DNA of 64,000 nucleotides from an uncultured delta proteobacterium (GTDB lineage Bacteria; Desulfobacterota; Syntrophia; Syntrophales; Smithellaceae): NCBI GenBank assembly GCA_963753975.1, contig CAVWEH010000002.1, positions 544,001 to 608,000 of the forward strand, read 5' to 3'. Shown piece by piece: positions 22,701 to 30,646 of this stretch (position 1 is its first letter; each line of letters starts with the position of its first letter). The notes under the pieces were generated by a model. It saw only the letters and a program-made list of their open reading frames with translations, ran no database searches and was not told where the DNA came from. The position numbers and the translations under genes were made by a program.

Positions 22701-24274
22701 AGTTCTTGATAGGCCTGATTTAAAAACGGTACGGCATTGGAATTCGGATTTGCTCCCGTTGTTCCGACAAAATTCTGCCCCAGAAATTTTTCTATTACAG
22801 CAAGCTTCCTGGCATCAAATAAACCGCCTCGACTATTCGGATCAATGCCGTCAGCGCCTGTCCACTTAAATAGTATTTGCTCGAATGTGCTGTTGCGGAT
22901 ATTTGCCGATAAAGAGAGGATAGGTGTTGTACCGCCTGCTGAGGTTAAAACATCTGCATCCGTCTCCGCCATAAACTGTTCAACCAGCGCTTGTAAATCT
23001 CCGCTGGTATCCCTGACCATTGCTTGTTGTAAGTTATATACATTACCATAAGCCTGAATATCGGGCAGGGCGGCAATATCCACCGGTACATTCAACCATT
23101 CATTCGGTATAGTATACGCAGTATCTCTTTGAAACAGAAAGTCACCCATTTGACCGGTTGTGCCGTCAGTCTTTTCAAAGCTCCCTGCCTGCACCAGCAT
23201 ATTTCCTTGCCCATCGGGCGTGTTCGTAGCCGTATAGCCCGTGTTGAGGGCGCTGATCCCCAGTTCGTCGAGGGTCTTCAACTCATCTGCCGTTGAATAG
23301 CCGTCACCATCAATGTCTTGCCAGACTTTGATCTGAGAGAAAGCCACATCGTTTGCATCAACCTTCCCATCGCCGTTGTCATCGAGATCGGCCAAGGCCT
23401 GGAAACCACCGGCCGATTTCTGGCCGTTCTTCAGGAGCGTCTGATCACCGAACAATTCACCGCCATTATTGATTATGCCATCGCCGTTTATGTCCCTGAC
23501 CAAAAGGCCGTCATCGGCAGCTACCCACCCAGTCCGCTCCGCAAAGCCATTCCCATCGTGATCAAAATGTGCGCCTTGCGAGGAAGCGACGGTCTCAAAA
23601 CCGTCACCATCGAGATCCAGGACCAAGGGACAGCTGCGAGGGGGTGCAGCGTCAGCAGCGGTGGTGAAAAGAGAGCGGAAGGATGACATTATTGTATTCG
23701 TTATGTTTTGAAATAAATTGTTAATCCATAGCGGAATAAAAATATCGTTTGATGCATTATCTGCAATATAACCTCTTAACGCATCAAGTCTATTAAGCCA
23801 ACCTTTCAAAAAAACATTTTGCGATGGATCGTTTTCCACAATTTGGTTATATCTTGCTTCTCTTGCATCCAAAAAGACATCAACAAGATCACCATTGTAG
23901 TTATTTATTTCTGCTAAGGTCTGAGGACCAATCACAGCGTCTTGCGGAACACCAAGAATCTCCTGTAACATTTTTACGGCTCTTTCTGTTCCCATATTTA
24001 CAGCCGTATCAAATACGGCTATAGATAAATCTGTAGGCAAGGCGTCTCCACTTATTTTATCCCAATACATTTCTTTGTATATTTTTTTAGCATCATCTTG
24101 AGTTATGTCTTTTACACTTGCCACAGACTCACAAATTATACCCAGTTTTTTAGCCTCATTAAACGTGCCTTGTGTGATACCGTAATTGGTCTCTTTGCCA
24201 CGATCATTTTTGTAATTGGAATATCCTCCTTCTGCCTTTTTTACAAATGGATAAGCAAGATTAAAATTACCCAT
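16766..24274 (-). CDS. Giant RTX (T1SS-type) Ca-binding protein with N-terminal GH108 lysozyme/PG-binding domain and an FrpC-like self-processing module
   Basis: EGGYSN..DRGKETNYGIT and FLKGWLNRL (GH108 plus PG_binding_3); PLVLDLDGDG...GWVAADDGLL..D.NGDG (SPM-like); many GGxGxDxL nonamers; LTVKNWF...FADG haemolysin-type blocks; no N-terminal signal peptide. Confidence 0.88.
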   Translation of the reverse strand: MGNFNLAYPFVKKAEGGYSNYKNDRGKETNYGITQGTFNEAKKLGIICESVASVKDITQDDAKKIYKEMYWDKISGDALPTDLSIAVFDTAVNMGTERAVKMLQEILGVPQDAVIGPQTLAEINNYNGDLVDVFLDAREARYNQIVENDPSQNVFLKGWLNRLDALRGYIADNASNDIFIPLWINNLFQNITNTIMSSFRSLFTTAADAAPPRSCPLVLDLDGDGFETVASSQGAHFDHDGNGFAERTGWVAADDGLLVRDINGDGIINNGGELFGDQTLLKNGQKSAGGFQALADLDDNGDGKVDANDVAFSQIKVWQDIDGDGYSTADELKTLDELGISALNTGYTATNTPDGQGNMLVQAGSFEKTDGTTGQMGDFLFQRDTAYTIPNEWLNVPVDIAALPDIQAYGNVYNLQQAMVRDTSGDLQALVEQFMAETDADVLTSAGGTTPILSLSANIRNSTFEQILFKWTGADGIDPNSRGGLFDARKLAVIEKFLGQNFVGTTGANPNSNAVPFLNQAYQELFDMFYGELMMQTHLKGFFDEITYSWDESTQSIKGDLSTVAADFQQRIATDPITGKFTLAEFVRSLGGLNAENSADLNYESFRNNMLSGADEETYFIVNSFDKNMIVGGTGNVSLNGTANDDAIAGGAGNDSLSGGDGNDILYGGSGNDVLTAGWYGGAAHSNILLGGDGNDTLTGGYNGSDMLDGGSGDDVITASYNGSNTLIGGSGNDSLYGRYGNDTLDGGLGDDYLYGGGGNDTFIYGRGSGNDIIQRDYSYYSNPNGTDTVQFGEGLTADSFDYIGYGLNEGGDLILRIKDTGETLTIKNWFTNWEYQVDKFHFADGSELTAADVNARTEMLPIMGTEGDDNLSSAVVSYMNNTVYGLGGNDTITGGNGNDIIDGGSGNDVLTAGWYGGAAHSNILLGGDGNDTLTGGYNGSDMLDGGSGDDVITASYNGSNTLIGGSGNDSLYGRYGNDTLDGGAGNDYLYGGRGDDKFIYGRGSGNDIIQRDNNSYNGTDTVQFGEGLTVDSFDYIGYGLNAGGDLVLRIKDTGETLTVKNWFSSGYYQVDNFRFADGTVLTAADIGGRAEILPITGTEGNDNLTGVAVYDHNNTIYGLGGNDTITGGTYGNDILDGGSGNDVLTAGYYGNSTLLGGDGNDTLRGGWYGNDILDGGSGDDVLTAGYYGNSTLLGGDGNDTLSGQYGNDTLDGGAGNDYLYGGRGDDKFIYGRGSGNDIIQRDNNSYNGTDTVQFGEGLTVDSFDYIGYGLNAGGDLVLRIKDTGETLTVKNWFSSGYYQVDNFRFADGTVLTAADIGGRAEILPITGTEGNDNLTGVAVYDHNNTIYGLGGNDTITGGTYGNDILDGGSGNDVLTAGYYGNSTLLGGDGNDTLRGGWYGNDILDGGSGDDVLTAGYYGNSTLLGGDGNDTLSGQYGNDTLDGGAGNDYLYGGRGDDKFIYGRGSGNDIIQRDNNSYNGTDTVQFGEGLTVDSFDYIGYGLNAGGDLVLRIKDTGETLTVKNWFSSGYYQVDNFRFADGTVLTAADIGGRAEILPITGTEGNDNLTGVAVYDHNNTIYGLGGNDTITGGTYGNDILDGGSGNDVLTAGYYGNSTLLGGDGNDTLRGGWYGNDILDGGSGDDVLTAGYYGNSTLLGGDGNDTLSGQYGNDTLDGGAGNDYLYGGRGDDKFIYGRGSGNDIIQRDNNSYNGTDTVQFGEGLTVDSFDYIGYGLNAGGDLVLRIKDTGETLTVKNWFSSGYYQVDNFRFADGTVLTAADIGGRAEILPITGTEGNDNLTGVAVYDHNNTIYGLGGNDTITGGTYGNDILDGGSGNDVLTAGYYGNSTLLGGDGNDTLRGGWYGNDILDGGSGDDVLTAGYYGNSTLLGGDGNDTLSGQYGNDTLDGGAGNDYLYGGRGDDKFIYGRGSGNDIIQRDNNSYNGTDTVQFGEGLTVDSFDYIGYGLNAGGDLVLRIKDTGETLTVKNWFSSGYYQVDNFRFADGTVLTAADIGGRAEILPITGTEGNDNLTGVAVYDHNNTIYGLGGNDTITGGTYGNDILDGGSGNDVLTAGYYGNSTLLGGDGNDTLRGGWYGNDILDGGSGDDVLTAGYYGNSTLLGGDGNDTLSGQYGNDTLDGGAGNDYLYGGRGDDKFIYGRGSGNDIIQRDNNSYNGTDTVQFGEGLTVDSFDYIGYGLNAGGDLVLRIKDTGETLTVKNWFSSGYYQVDNFRFADGTVLTAADIGGRAEILPITGTEGNDNLTGVAVYDHNNTIYGLGGNDTITGGTYGNDILDGGSGNDVLTAGYYGNSTLLGGDGNDTLRGGWYGNDILDGGSGDDVLTAGYYGNSTLLGGDGNDTLSGQYGNDTLDGGAGNDILAGGNGSDTYLFRRTDGQDTLNETAGVSGDIDNLKLTDGITTTEPVLVKQNNDLYVFIDANNYMKIAGEFQQTNYGIERLEVTDGHYITRQDIETIVNTMSAINNDSGMDVLQKYTAMMNDQQYQNILAQSWK
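17171..21350. repeat. Six apparently identical 690-bp (230-aa) tandem repeats inside the RTX gene
   Basis: GTCGTTACCGGCACCGCCATCGAG recurs at 17171, 17861, 18551, 19241, 19931, 20621 and 21311. Confidence 0.97.
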
Positions 24275-24305
24275 GATTATCCTCCTTAACGAAGTTTTTT
24301 ATTGT

Positions 24306-24743
24306 CTATTTTTCCTTAAGGTGGTTAAGATAAACTTGAAGGTTTAAAGTCCTTTTCTTCACTACGTTTATCTTCTCACCCGCCAATATGTTCTGCCATA
24401 TTGTTCCCTCAAAATTTTCATAGAATTCACTTATAAAATTAAACTCTGCATCTCTGAATTTTACCCATTGAATCTGGCTTTGCCTTAGAAGTGTCTTCTG
24501 TTTTTCTGGAAGTTTCTTCATAAGTTCTTTATAAATCCTGTTCATTTCTTTGTCCCACATTGTATTTGCTTCTACCGCACACTTTGTCATGCCGATTGTG
24601 CTAGAATCAGATGTAACGCATTTTTCCAGCCATGCATCTATCGGATGTTGTTTTTCTTTCTCCCCTGTAAACCCGTCTCCTGCTGCAAAGATCATCAAGA
24701 GAAAAACGACAATCAACCCTTTTCTAAAAATATTCTTTCGCAT
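24306..24743 (-). CDS. Lysozyme inhibitor LprI (DUF1311) family protein, secreted
   Basis: Signal peptide; C...STIGMTKC...WDKEMNRIYKEL...LRQSQIQWVKFRDAE pattern. Confidence 0.85.
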   Translation of the reverse strand: MRKNIFRKGLIVVFLLMIFAAGDGFTGEKEKQHPIDAWLEKCVTSDSSTIGMTKCAVEANTMWDKEMNRIYKELMKKLPEKQKTLLRQSQIQWVKFRDAEFNFISEFYENFEGTIWQNILAGEKINVVKKRTLNLQVYLNHLKEK

Positions 24744-24853
24744 ATATCCCCCTTCCCTAAAATTCTAAAATATCCGCATTATTTCAATCCTCAAAAACTG
24801 CATCTGCATCAGATGAAATATTTTGGACGATTCTATTTATTTGCATTATTTTG

Positions 24854-24940
24854 TCAATTCTCTTCATTGCCACCCAATTCATTTCTTATGAGCATGTCCT
24901 TGATAACATCTTTATGATTGCGAAGATAATTAAGTGCCAT
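24854..24940 (-). pseudogene. 28-codon stub, possibly a truncated N-terminus of a former toxin
   Basis: AAGGAG RBS; ATG 1 nt after the upstream stop; MALNYLRNHKDVIKDMLIRNELGGNEEN*. Confidence 0.35.
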
Positions 24941-24941
24941 T

Positions 24942-25826
24942 TTATTTCTCCTTTCTAATTTTGATTAAATAGTTATAAAAATAATCATTTGCTGCCTGAT
25001 CATCTAACGGCCGCTTCATCTTTTTGTATATTTCTTCATCAAACAGAAATACCTTTCTCCCGACCAAGTCGCTCTTTGTTTTAAAATCTTTGTCAAACCG
25101 GATGATTATTATTGATGGTGGGTTTTGGTATTTTAAAAAACCGATAAATAGAAATGTATCGTCTTCTAAGGGGAGATATTTCAATTCTTCAGGCCAACTT
25201 GTTTTTTCGTAATAATATTTCCCCTGGTAATCAAAATTTCTTTCAGCCAAAGGCGTTCTCTTTTTTACCGGTTTATCATAAATGTACAGAAGCTTTTTTT
25301 GTAATAAGACCTTACCATTTTTATCTTTTCTTTCCATGTACCAGTCAAATGGGTCGTCACCCTTCGGATTCATGTTCGTAACTATTTCCACCTTGCTTCC
25401 ATCGCTGAACATGATCAGAGACGATTTCATTATTCTTCTTTCTTTTCTCATTTTATTAAAGAAAACATCGTATTCATCAGTCTTAAAATCCGTAACTGCA
25501 CCGGAGAAAAACAGCCTCCCTACATTTACTGGCTCTTCTTTTTCTCTCACTTTTACCCAGTCCTTAGCATATGTTATTAAATAATCTCCGTTCGACATTT
25601 TCATAACCCAAATAGCAGCATAATCAACGCGATTAGCTACTGGAATGTCTATTCCCCATACATCAGGGTATGGTGGATACTCTACTTGCTGTGTTTTATC
25701 GTTTTGAACATCTACTGGTTTCTCCGCTGCCCATGTGGATACAGCCATTAAAAACAATGTCAGAATCACAGTTTTTAAAATAAAAATACGAAGCAGATGA
25801 TTGTTTCTAAGATAATTATTTTTCAT
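24942..25826 (-). CDS. Secreted hypothetical protein (possible orphan immunity protein)
   Basis: AGGAGG RBS at the MKNNYLR start, signal-peptide-like segment, AT-rich, first gene of the island operon. Confidence 0.7.
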   Translation of the reverse strand: MKNNYLRNNHLLRIFILKTVILTLFLMAVSTWAAEKPVDVQNDKTQQVEYPPYPDVWGIDIPVANRVDYAAIWVMKMSNGDYLITYAKDWVKVREKEEPVNVGRLFFSGAVTDFKTDEYDVFFNKMRKERRIMKSSLIMFSDGSKVEIVTNMNPKGDDPFDWYMERKDKNGKVLLQKKLLYIYDKPVKKRTPLAERNFDYQGKYYYEKTSWPEELKYLPLEDDTFLFIGFLKYQNPPSIIIIRFDKDFKTKSDLVGRKVFLFDEEIYKKMKRPLDDQAANDYFYNYLIKIRKEK

Positions 25827-26337
25827 GCCACCCTCCTTAAAATTTCTGTCGCAAAGCCCAGCCGCTTGCCGCGGTGAAAAGTTTTTACCCAACGTCCACG
25901 GCAAAGCCTTCTTTCGTTACCACCTTTCTGCCGTAAAACGAAAACTTATACTACGAAAAGCTCCCGCACAAATTGCCGGGAATCATGAATTTACATCTTG
26001 CTTAATTTTTTAACTGACAGGAGAGGCAACGTACAGGATGATTTTATTTTCATTAGCAAAACAGGCAAAACCTGTTTACATTTTTAATACTTTTGAAACC
26101 AAAACCATCAAATTTGAAGCTATAAAACTAAAAGAAAGGCGATACTTTTTTACTTTATATAGTTGTTATGTTTTCTAATATGATTACAAATAAATTGTCA
26201 ATAGCAATTATGCACATGAAATGTATATCTGTCCGCTAAATTCATTGATTGTTTTATAGCCAAATAATAAGTTAATTTAATATGTCAAACAGTTTTGTGT
26301 GCAAATATTTTAAATCGACGCGGAATGAAATATTATA

Positions 26338-26376
26338 TTGAGTCTCTCCGCGGCAAGCCGAGGAGAATCTTCGATG
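26338..26376 (-). mobile_element. IS200/IS605-type right-end-like hairpin remnant
   Basis: Minus strand CGAAGA-TTCTCCTCGGC-TT-GCCGCGGAGAG-ACTCAA: subterminal hairpin followed by TCAA. Confidence 0.4.
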
Positions 26377-26377
26377 C

Positions 26378-26457
26378 ACTCTCAAGGAATTCGTTTTAGC
26401 GGTAATGGCCAAGGTCTCCGATGGTTTGATTTTTGCAATCCTTGCCGCTAATCGCAC
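26378..26457 (-). pseudogene. Truncated N-terminus of a class I/II (aspartate) aminotransferase
   Basis: MRLAARIAKIKPSETLAITAKTNSLR is a typical AspC N-terminus, coupled to the coaD stop; similarity ends after ~26 codons. Confidence 0.75.
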
Positions 26458-26987
26458 TACCTACCTTCTTTATTGTTGTTGTTACGATTTATGTTGAATT
26501 TTTCCAATAGCTTCTGATGAACATTATCCGGCACCAGAGCCTTTACCGATCCTCCCAAACCGACCACTTCTTTGATAATCTTGGAGCTCGTGTAAAACCA
26601 TTTAAAACCGCTCATGAGAAACACCGTTTCAATTTCTCTTGTTTGACGACGGTTCATCAGGGCCATCTGGAATTCATACTCAAAATCGGAAAGGGCGCGC
26701 ATCCCGCGTAATATTATGCTGGCACCGGAACTTTTCAAATAATCGACAAGCAACCCGGAATGGCAATCAACTCTGACGCCTTTAATTTCTCGGCATACTT
26801 CCCTGATCATATCCATTCTTTCTTCTACCGTGAAAAGAGTGGCTTTATCGGAATTGTAAGCAACGAGAACAATAATTTCATCAAATATTCTAATTCCTCT
26901 TTTGATGATATCCACATGACCGTTGGTAATGGGATCGAATGTGCCGGGATATATGGCAATGCTGTTGGGAAATTTGTCCTGTGTCAT
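26457..26987 (-). CDS. coaD: Phosphopantetheine adenylyltransferase
   Basis: IYPGTFDPITNGH, RGMRALSDFEYE. Confidence 0.96.
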   Translation of the reverse strand: MTQDKFPNSIAIYPGTFDPITNGHVDIIKRGIRIFDEIIVLVAYNSDKATLFTVEERMDMIREVCREIKGVRVDCHSGLLVDYLKSSGASIILRGMRALSDFEYEFQMALMNRRQTREIETVFLMSGFKWFYTSSKIIKEVVGLGGSVKALVPDNVHQKLLEKFNINRNNNNKEGR

Positions 26988-26989
26988 TT

Positions 26990-27541
26990 TCACTCCCTTT
27001 TAAAAAAAGTTAAAGCGTTTTCACCATATTTTTTCTGTTTTATCTGTTGGATGTTTTCACCCAAAAGTTCACTGAACTTTTCTCTAATTGAATGCTGAAT
27101 CACAACTACGCCGCCTTCTCTGAGGACACGATACTTATTCAAGGACATAAGCGTCCTCGCTGCCCAATTTCGGTTATAAGGTGGATCGGCAAATACGACA
27201 TCAACTTCATATTTTTTTTTGAAAAGATCGTGTAACCCTATTGTTACATCTGCACCAATTACCCGGCACTTTTGTCCTAAAGAACACGTTTGGATATTAT
27301 TTTTAATAACCTCAATAAGGGCTTTATTTTTTTCTATCAAATAAACTTCTTCGGCTCCGCGGCTGGCAGCCTCCAAACCGACACTGCCCGATCCGGCAAA
27401 GAGATCAAGAAATATTTTGCCTTCCAGGGAGCCCAATAAATTGAAAAGAGTTTCACGTAAAAAATCAGAAGTCGGCCTTTCTTTCGATCTCGCGGGAAAA
27501 GACAATATCCTTCCCTTAAGTTCGCCTCCGATAATACGCAT
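26990..27541 (-). CDS. rsmD: 16S rRNA (G966-N2) methyltransferase
   Basis: MRIIGG, RPT, LDLFAGSG, DPPY. Confidence 0.94.
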   Translation of the reverse strand: MRIIGGELKGRILSFPARSKERPTSDFLRETLFNLLGSLEGKIFLDLFAGSGSVGLEAASRGAEEVYLIEKNKALIEVIKNNIQTCSLGQKCRVIGADVTIGLHDLFKKKYEVDVVFADPPYNRNWAARTLMSLNKYRVLREGGVVVIQHSIREKFSELLGENIQQIKQKKYGENALTFFKRE

Positions 27542-27567
27542 AATTTTTCACAATATATCAAACCTGA

Positions 27568-28359
27568 TTATTTGTTGGGCTCCATATATTGCACCGGCGA
27601 ATTTTTTTTCTCCTTAGCTTTTCTACGCCTTTGCCAGCTTACCTTTGCCAGCCACCATATCGGCCCGGAAAGAGCATAACCTAGCATAGCCACAAAAGCC
27701 ACAATTACCGGTATAGCCACCACTATTATTAAAAAAAGAATTAATGAAAAAAAAGTCATGAACGGCTTGCGCGCCAGAAGCTTCAAGTCCTTGAAGCTAT
27801 AATACTTGATGTTGCTGACCATTAGAATAGAAAGAACCGTAACAAAAAAAAGCATGGAAGGATCATGGAATTTGCCCTCAACTCCCGCATAATCGAAAAA
27901 AATGACTGTTGTGGCCACAACCGAAGCGGCAGCCGGAATGGGCAAACCATTAAATACTTTGCTTTCAATTATGCCGATTTGGATATTATAACGAGCTAAA
28001 CGCAACGCGCCGCAGAGAACGAATAAGAATGCGGCAAGCCAGCCCCATTTGCCGTAAAAAGACATCGCCCAGTTATACGCAAGAAAAGACGGGGCCACGC
28101 CAAAGGCAATCACGTCGGAAAGTGAATCATATTCGGCGCCAAATTTACTGGTCGTGTTGGTAAAGCGGGCAATCCGACCATCCAATCCGTCAAAAACAAC
28201 GGCCACCAAAATCAGGATGGATGCTGGAACAAAATGTTCCTTTAAGGAAGCGATGATGGAATAAAATCCGCAAAATAAGCTGGCTGTCGTAAAAAGGTTG
28301 GGCAATACATAAATGCCTTTTTTAATGCGGATTTTTTTAAAGGGGGTTTCTTTATTCAT
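27568..28359 (-). CDS. pssA: CDP-diacylglycerol--serine O-phosphatidyltransferase
   Basis: LPNLFT, DGLDGRIAR, FGAEYDSLSD. Confidence 0.94.
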   Translation of the reverse strand: MNKETPFKKIRIKKGIYVLPNLFTTASLFCGFYSIIASLKEHFVPASILILVAVVFDGLDGRIARFTNTTSKFGAEYDSLSDVIAFGVAPSFLAYNWAMSFYGKWGWLAAFLFVLCGALRLARYNIQIGIIESKVFNGLPIPAAASVVATTVIFFDYAGVEGKFHDPSMLFFVTVLSILMVSNIKYYSFKDLKLLARKPFMTFFSLILFLIIVVAIPVIVAFVAMLGYALSGPIWWLAKVSWQRRRKAKEKKNSPVQYMEPNK

Positions 28360-28997
28360 GATAAAAAGCCCAAAGGTGTCTGACCTGCTTTAACCTTGTC
28401 CCGCAGCTTTACCGAAATGTGGGAATCTTCTGGCAAATAAACATCCACACGTGAACCGAAACGAATTATGCCAAAACGCTCGCCCTTTTTAATTGCCATC
28501 CCGGCATTCATCCAGCAAACAATCCTGCGGGCAATAAAACCGGCTATTTGCACCACCCAAATCGACCGACCGTCTTTAGTTTTTATCATAACTTCATTGC
28601 GTTCGTTAGTGAGAGAAGCTTCGTCTAAATTGGCGGAAAAGAATTTACCCTCGTGATAATTCATCTCTTCGATTTTTCCGGCATAAGGGGCGCGGTTGAC
28701 ATGAACGTCAAAAATATTCATGAAAATACTTATTTTTTTAAATCTCCCGGAAATGCTGCCGTTCATCGCCACATCTTTTATCTTTATTACTTTGCCGTCA
28801 GCGGGAGAAATTAAAACTTTTTCTTCTTCCCGAAAATATCTGTCCGGATTACGGAAAAACCAGATAATAAAAAAAGCCATGAAAGCGAATAAAATTGTCA
28901 GCCAAATGATGCCAAAAAAAGCCACAAAAGCCGTCATGACGAGTGAAAAGATTATAAAGGGATAACCTTCATGAGCTATTATGCTATCGTGTTTCAT
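28356..28997 (-). CDS. psd: Phosphatidylserine decarboxylase
   Basis: FFRNP, SPADG, HVNRAP, FGSRVD. Confidence 0.94.
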   Translation of the reverse strand: MKHDSIIAHEGYPFIIFSLVMTAFVAFFGIIWLTILFAFMAFFIIWFFRNPDRYFREEEKVLISPADGKVIKIKDVAMNGSISGRFKKISIFMNIFDVHVNRAPYAGKIEEMNYHEGKFFSANLDEASLTNERNEVMIKTKDGRSIWVVQIAGFIARRIVCWMNAGMAIKKGERFGIIRFGSRVDVYLPEDSHISVKLRDKVKAGQTPLGFLS

Positions 28998-29182
28998 AAA
29001 ATATATTATCTTTCCTTAAAATGGAGCTTTTTTTGATATATCAATTGGGTGCGCTTGTCAATATCTTTGAATTTCCTGCTGCGGCATTTCCAGAATGATT
29101 CTACACTTACGGTTGACTCTTAACTCACCCAACTATATAATAATCGACATGCTGGTTATCAGTTTTTTGCAGGTTAAAATTT

Positions 29183-30646
29183 ATGTTTAAAATCAGATGG
29201 TATTTCGTCTGGGGTATTTTCATTACCTTCGTTTTCCTCATCCTTTTGACAATTCGTCTCGAATTTTTTCCAAAAAGCCCGGAGACTGTCGCCATTGAAC
29301 AAATGCCGGCGCTACAAACGCAAGACACCTGGATGAATATTTACCAAAACGAAAGAAAGATCGGTGTTGCGCACCGGCTTTTCACTGCCGGGGAGAAAGG
29401 CTCTACCTTCAGCGAAACCGTATCCATGCAAATCAATACCATGGGAGTAACGCAAGTGCTCAATATTCTGACAGAAGGCGATCTTAATCCCGATATGACC
29501 ATCTCTTCATTTAATTTTGATTTGAATTCCAGCTTATTTCGTTTTCAGGCGCGAGGCCGTGTTGTAAAAAATAAGCTGATTTTATTCGCCGGTATGCCCG
29601 ACGCCCAGGAAAGAAGTGAAATCAAGCTCAAAGATATCCCTTATATGAGCGGAAGCATTTATGAAGCCGCGTTCCGGTCTAACTTGGAAAAGGATGCCTC
29701 TCGCAGTTTCAGCATTTTTGATCCCTCCACATTCGGAAAGCGTTTGATCAAAGTTACCCGAAATGCAGATGAAGTTATTCGTATCACGGGGAAACGGATT
29801 TTAACACAGAAATACTGCGCTGATTTCATGGGTGCGAAAAATTACGCCTGGCTGGATAAAAACGGAGATGTCTTAAAAGAAACAAGTATTTTAGGCCTTT
29901 CTCTGGAAAAGGTCAGCCCCCAAAAAGCGCGGGAAGGAATATCTAACGGCACGAGTATTGACCTCACCCAAATTGCGTCTGTTCCTTTTAATGTCAAAAT
30001 TACCGAACCGGAAAAGCTCAACGAGATTAAAATCAAAATTAGCGGTATCGGCGGAACGTTATTATTCCTTAATGGAGACAGACAAAGTTTGCGCCATGAT
30101 GTTCTGACCATAACCAAAGAACAACTGCCCGCGCCTCAGATTTCGAGCAATATTCCGCCAGAAAAAATTGCCGTCTTTTTAACACCGTCGCCTCTTATCC
30201 AATCCAACGATGCGCAAATAAAAGCACAGGTGGAAAAAATCATTAAACCAACCGATACTGCCGTGCAAAAAGCAAAGAAAATTGTCAACTGGGTTTATCG
30301 CCATGTAGAGAAAAAACCCGTCTTATCGGTACCTAACGCCTTGGAAGTCTTGAAAAATAAAGTCGGCGATTGTAACGAGCATGCTGTATTGACGACGGCA
30401 ATGCTGCGCGCCGCCGGAATTCCGGCACAAATAGAGGCGGGCTTGGTTTATCAACACGGGCGGTTTTACTATCATGCGTGGAACATTGTTTATTTAGGCC
30501 GGTGGATAACCGCTGACGCCGTTTTCAATCAATTCCCCGCCGATGTAACCCATATCCGGCTCGTCCGGGGTGAAGGAAGTGAACAGTTGGACTTAATCGG
30601 TGTGATGGGCAAAGTAAAACTGGAGGCCTTAGAACAGGAAAAATGA
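29183..30646 (+). CDS. Membrane-anchored transglutaminase-like domain protein
   Basis: N-terminal TM; GDCNEHA, YYHAW, TADA (Cys-His-Asp triad). Confidence 0.85.
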   Translation: MFKIRWYFVWGIFITFVFLILLTIRLEFFPKSPETVAIEQMPALQTQDTWMNIYQNERKIGVAHRLFTAGEKGSTFSETVSMQINTMGVTQVLNILTEGDLNPDMTISSFNFDLNSSLFRFQARGRVVKNKLILFAGMPDAQERSEIKLKDIPYMSGSIYEAAFRSNLEKDASRSFSIFDPSTFGKRLIKVTRNADEVIRITGKRILTQKYCADFMGAKNYAWLDKNGDVLKETSILGLSLEKVSPQKAREGISNGTSIDLTQIASVPFNVKITEPEKLNEIKIKISGIGGTLLFLNGDRQSLRHDVLTITKEQLPAPQISSNIPPEKIAVFLTPSPLIQSNDAQIKAQVEKIIKPTDTAVQKAKKIVNWVYRHVEKKPVLSVPNALEVLKNKVGDCNEHAVLTTAMLRAAGIPAQIEAGLVYQHGRFYYHAWNIVYLGRWITADAVFNQFPADVTHIRLVRGEGSEQLDLIGVMGKVKLEALEQEK

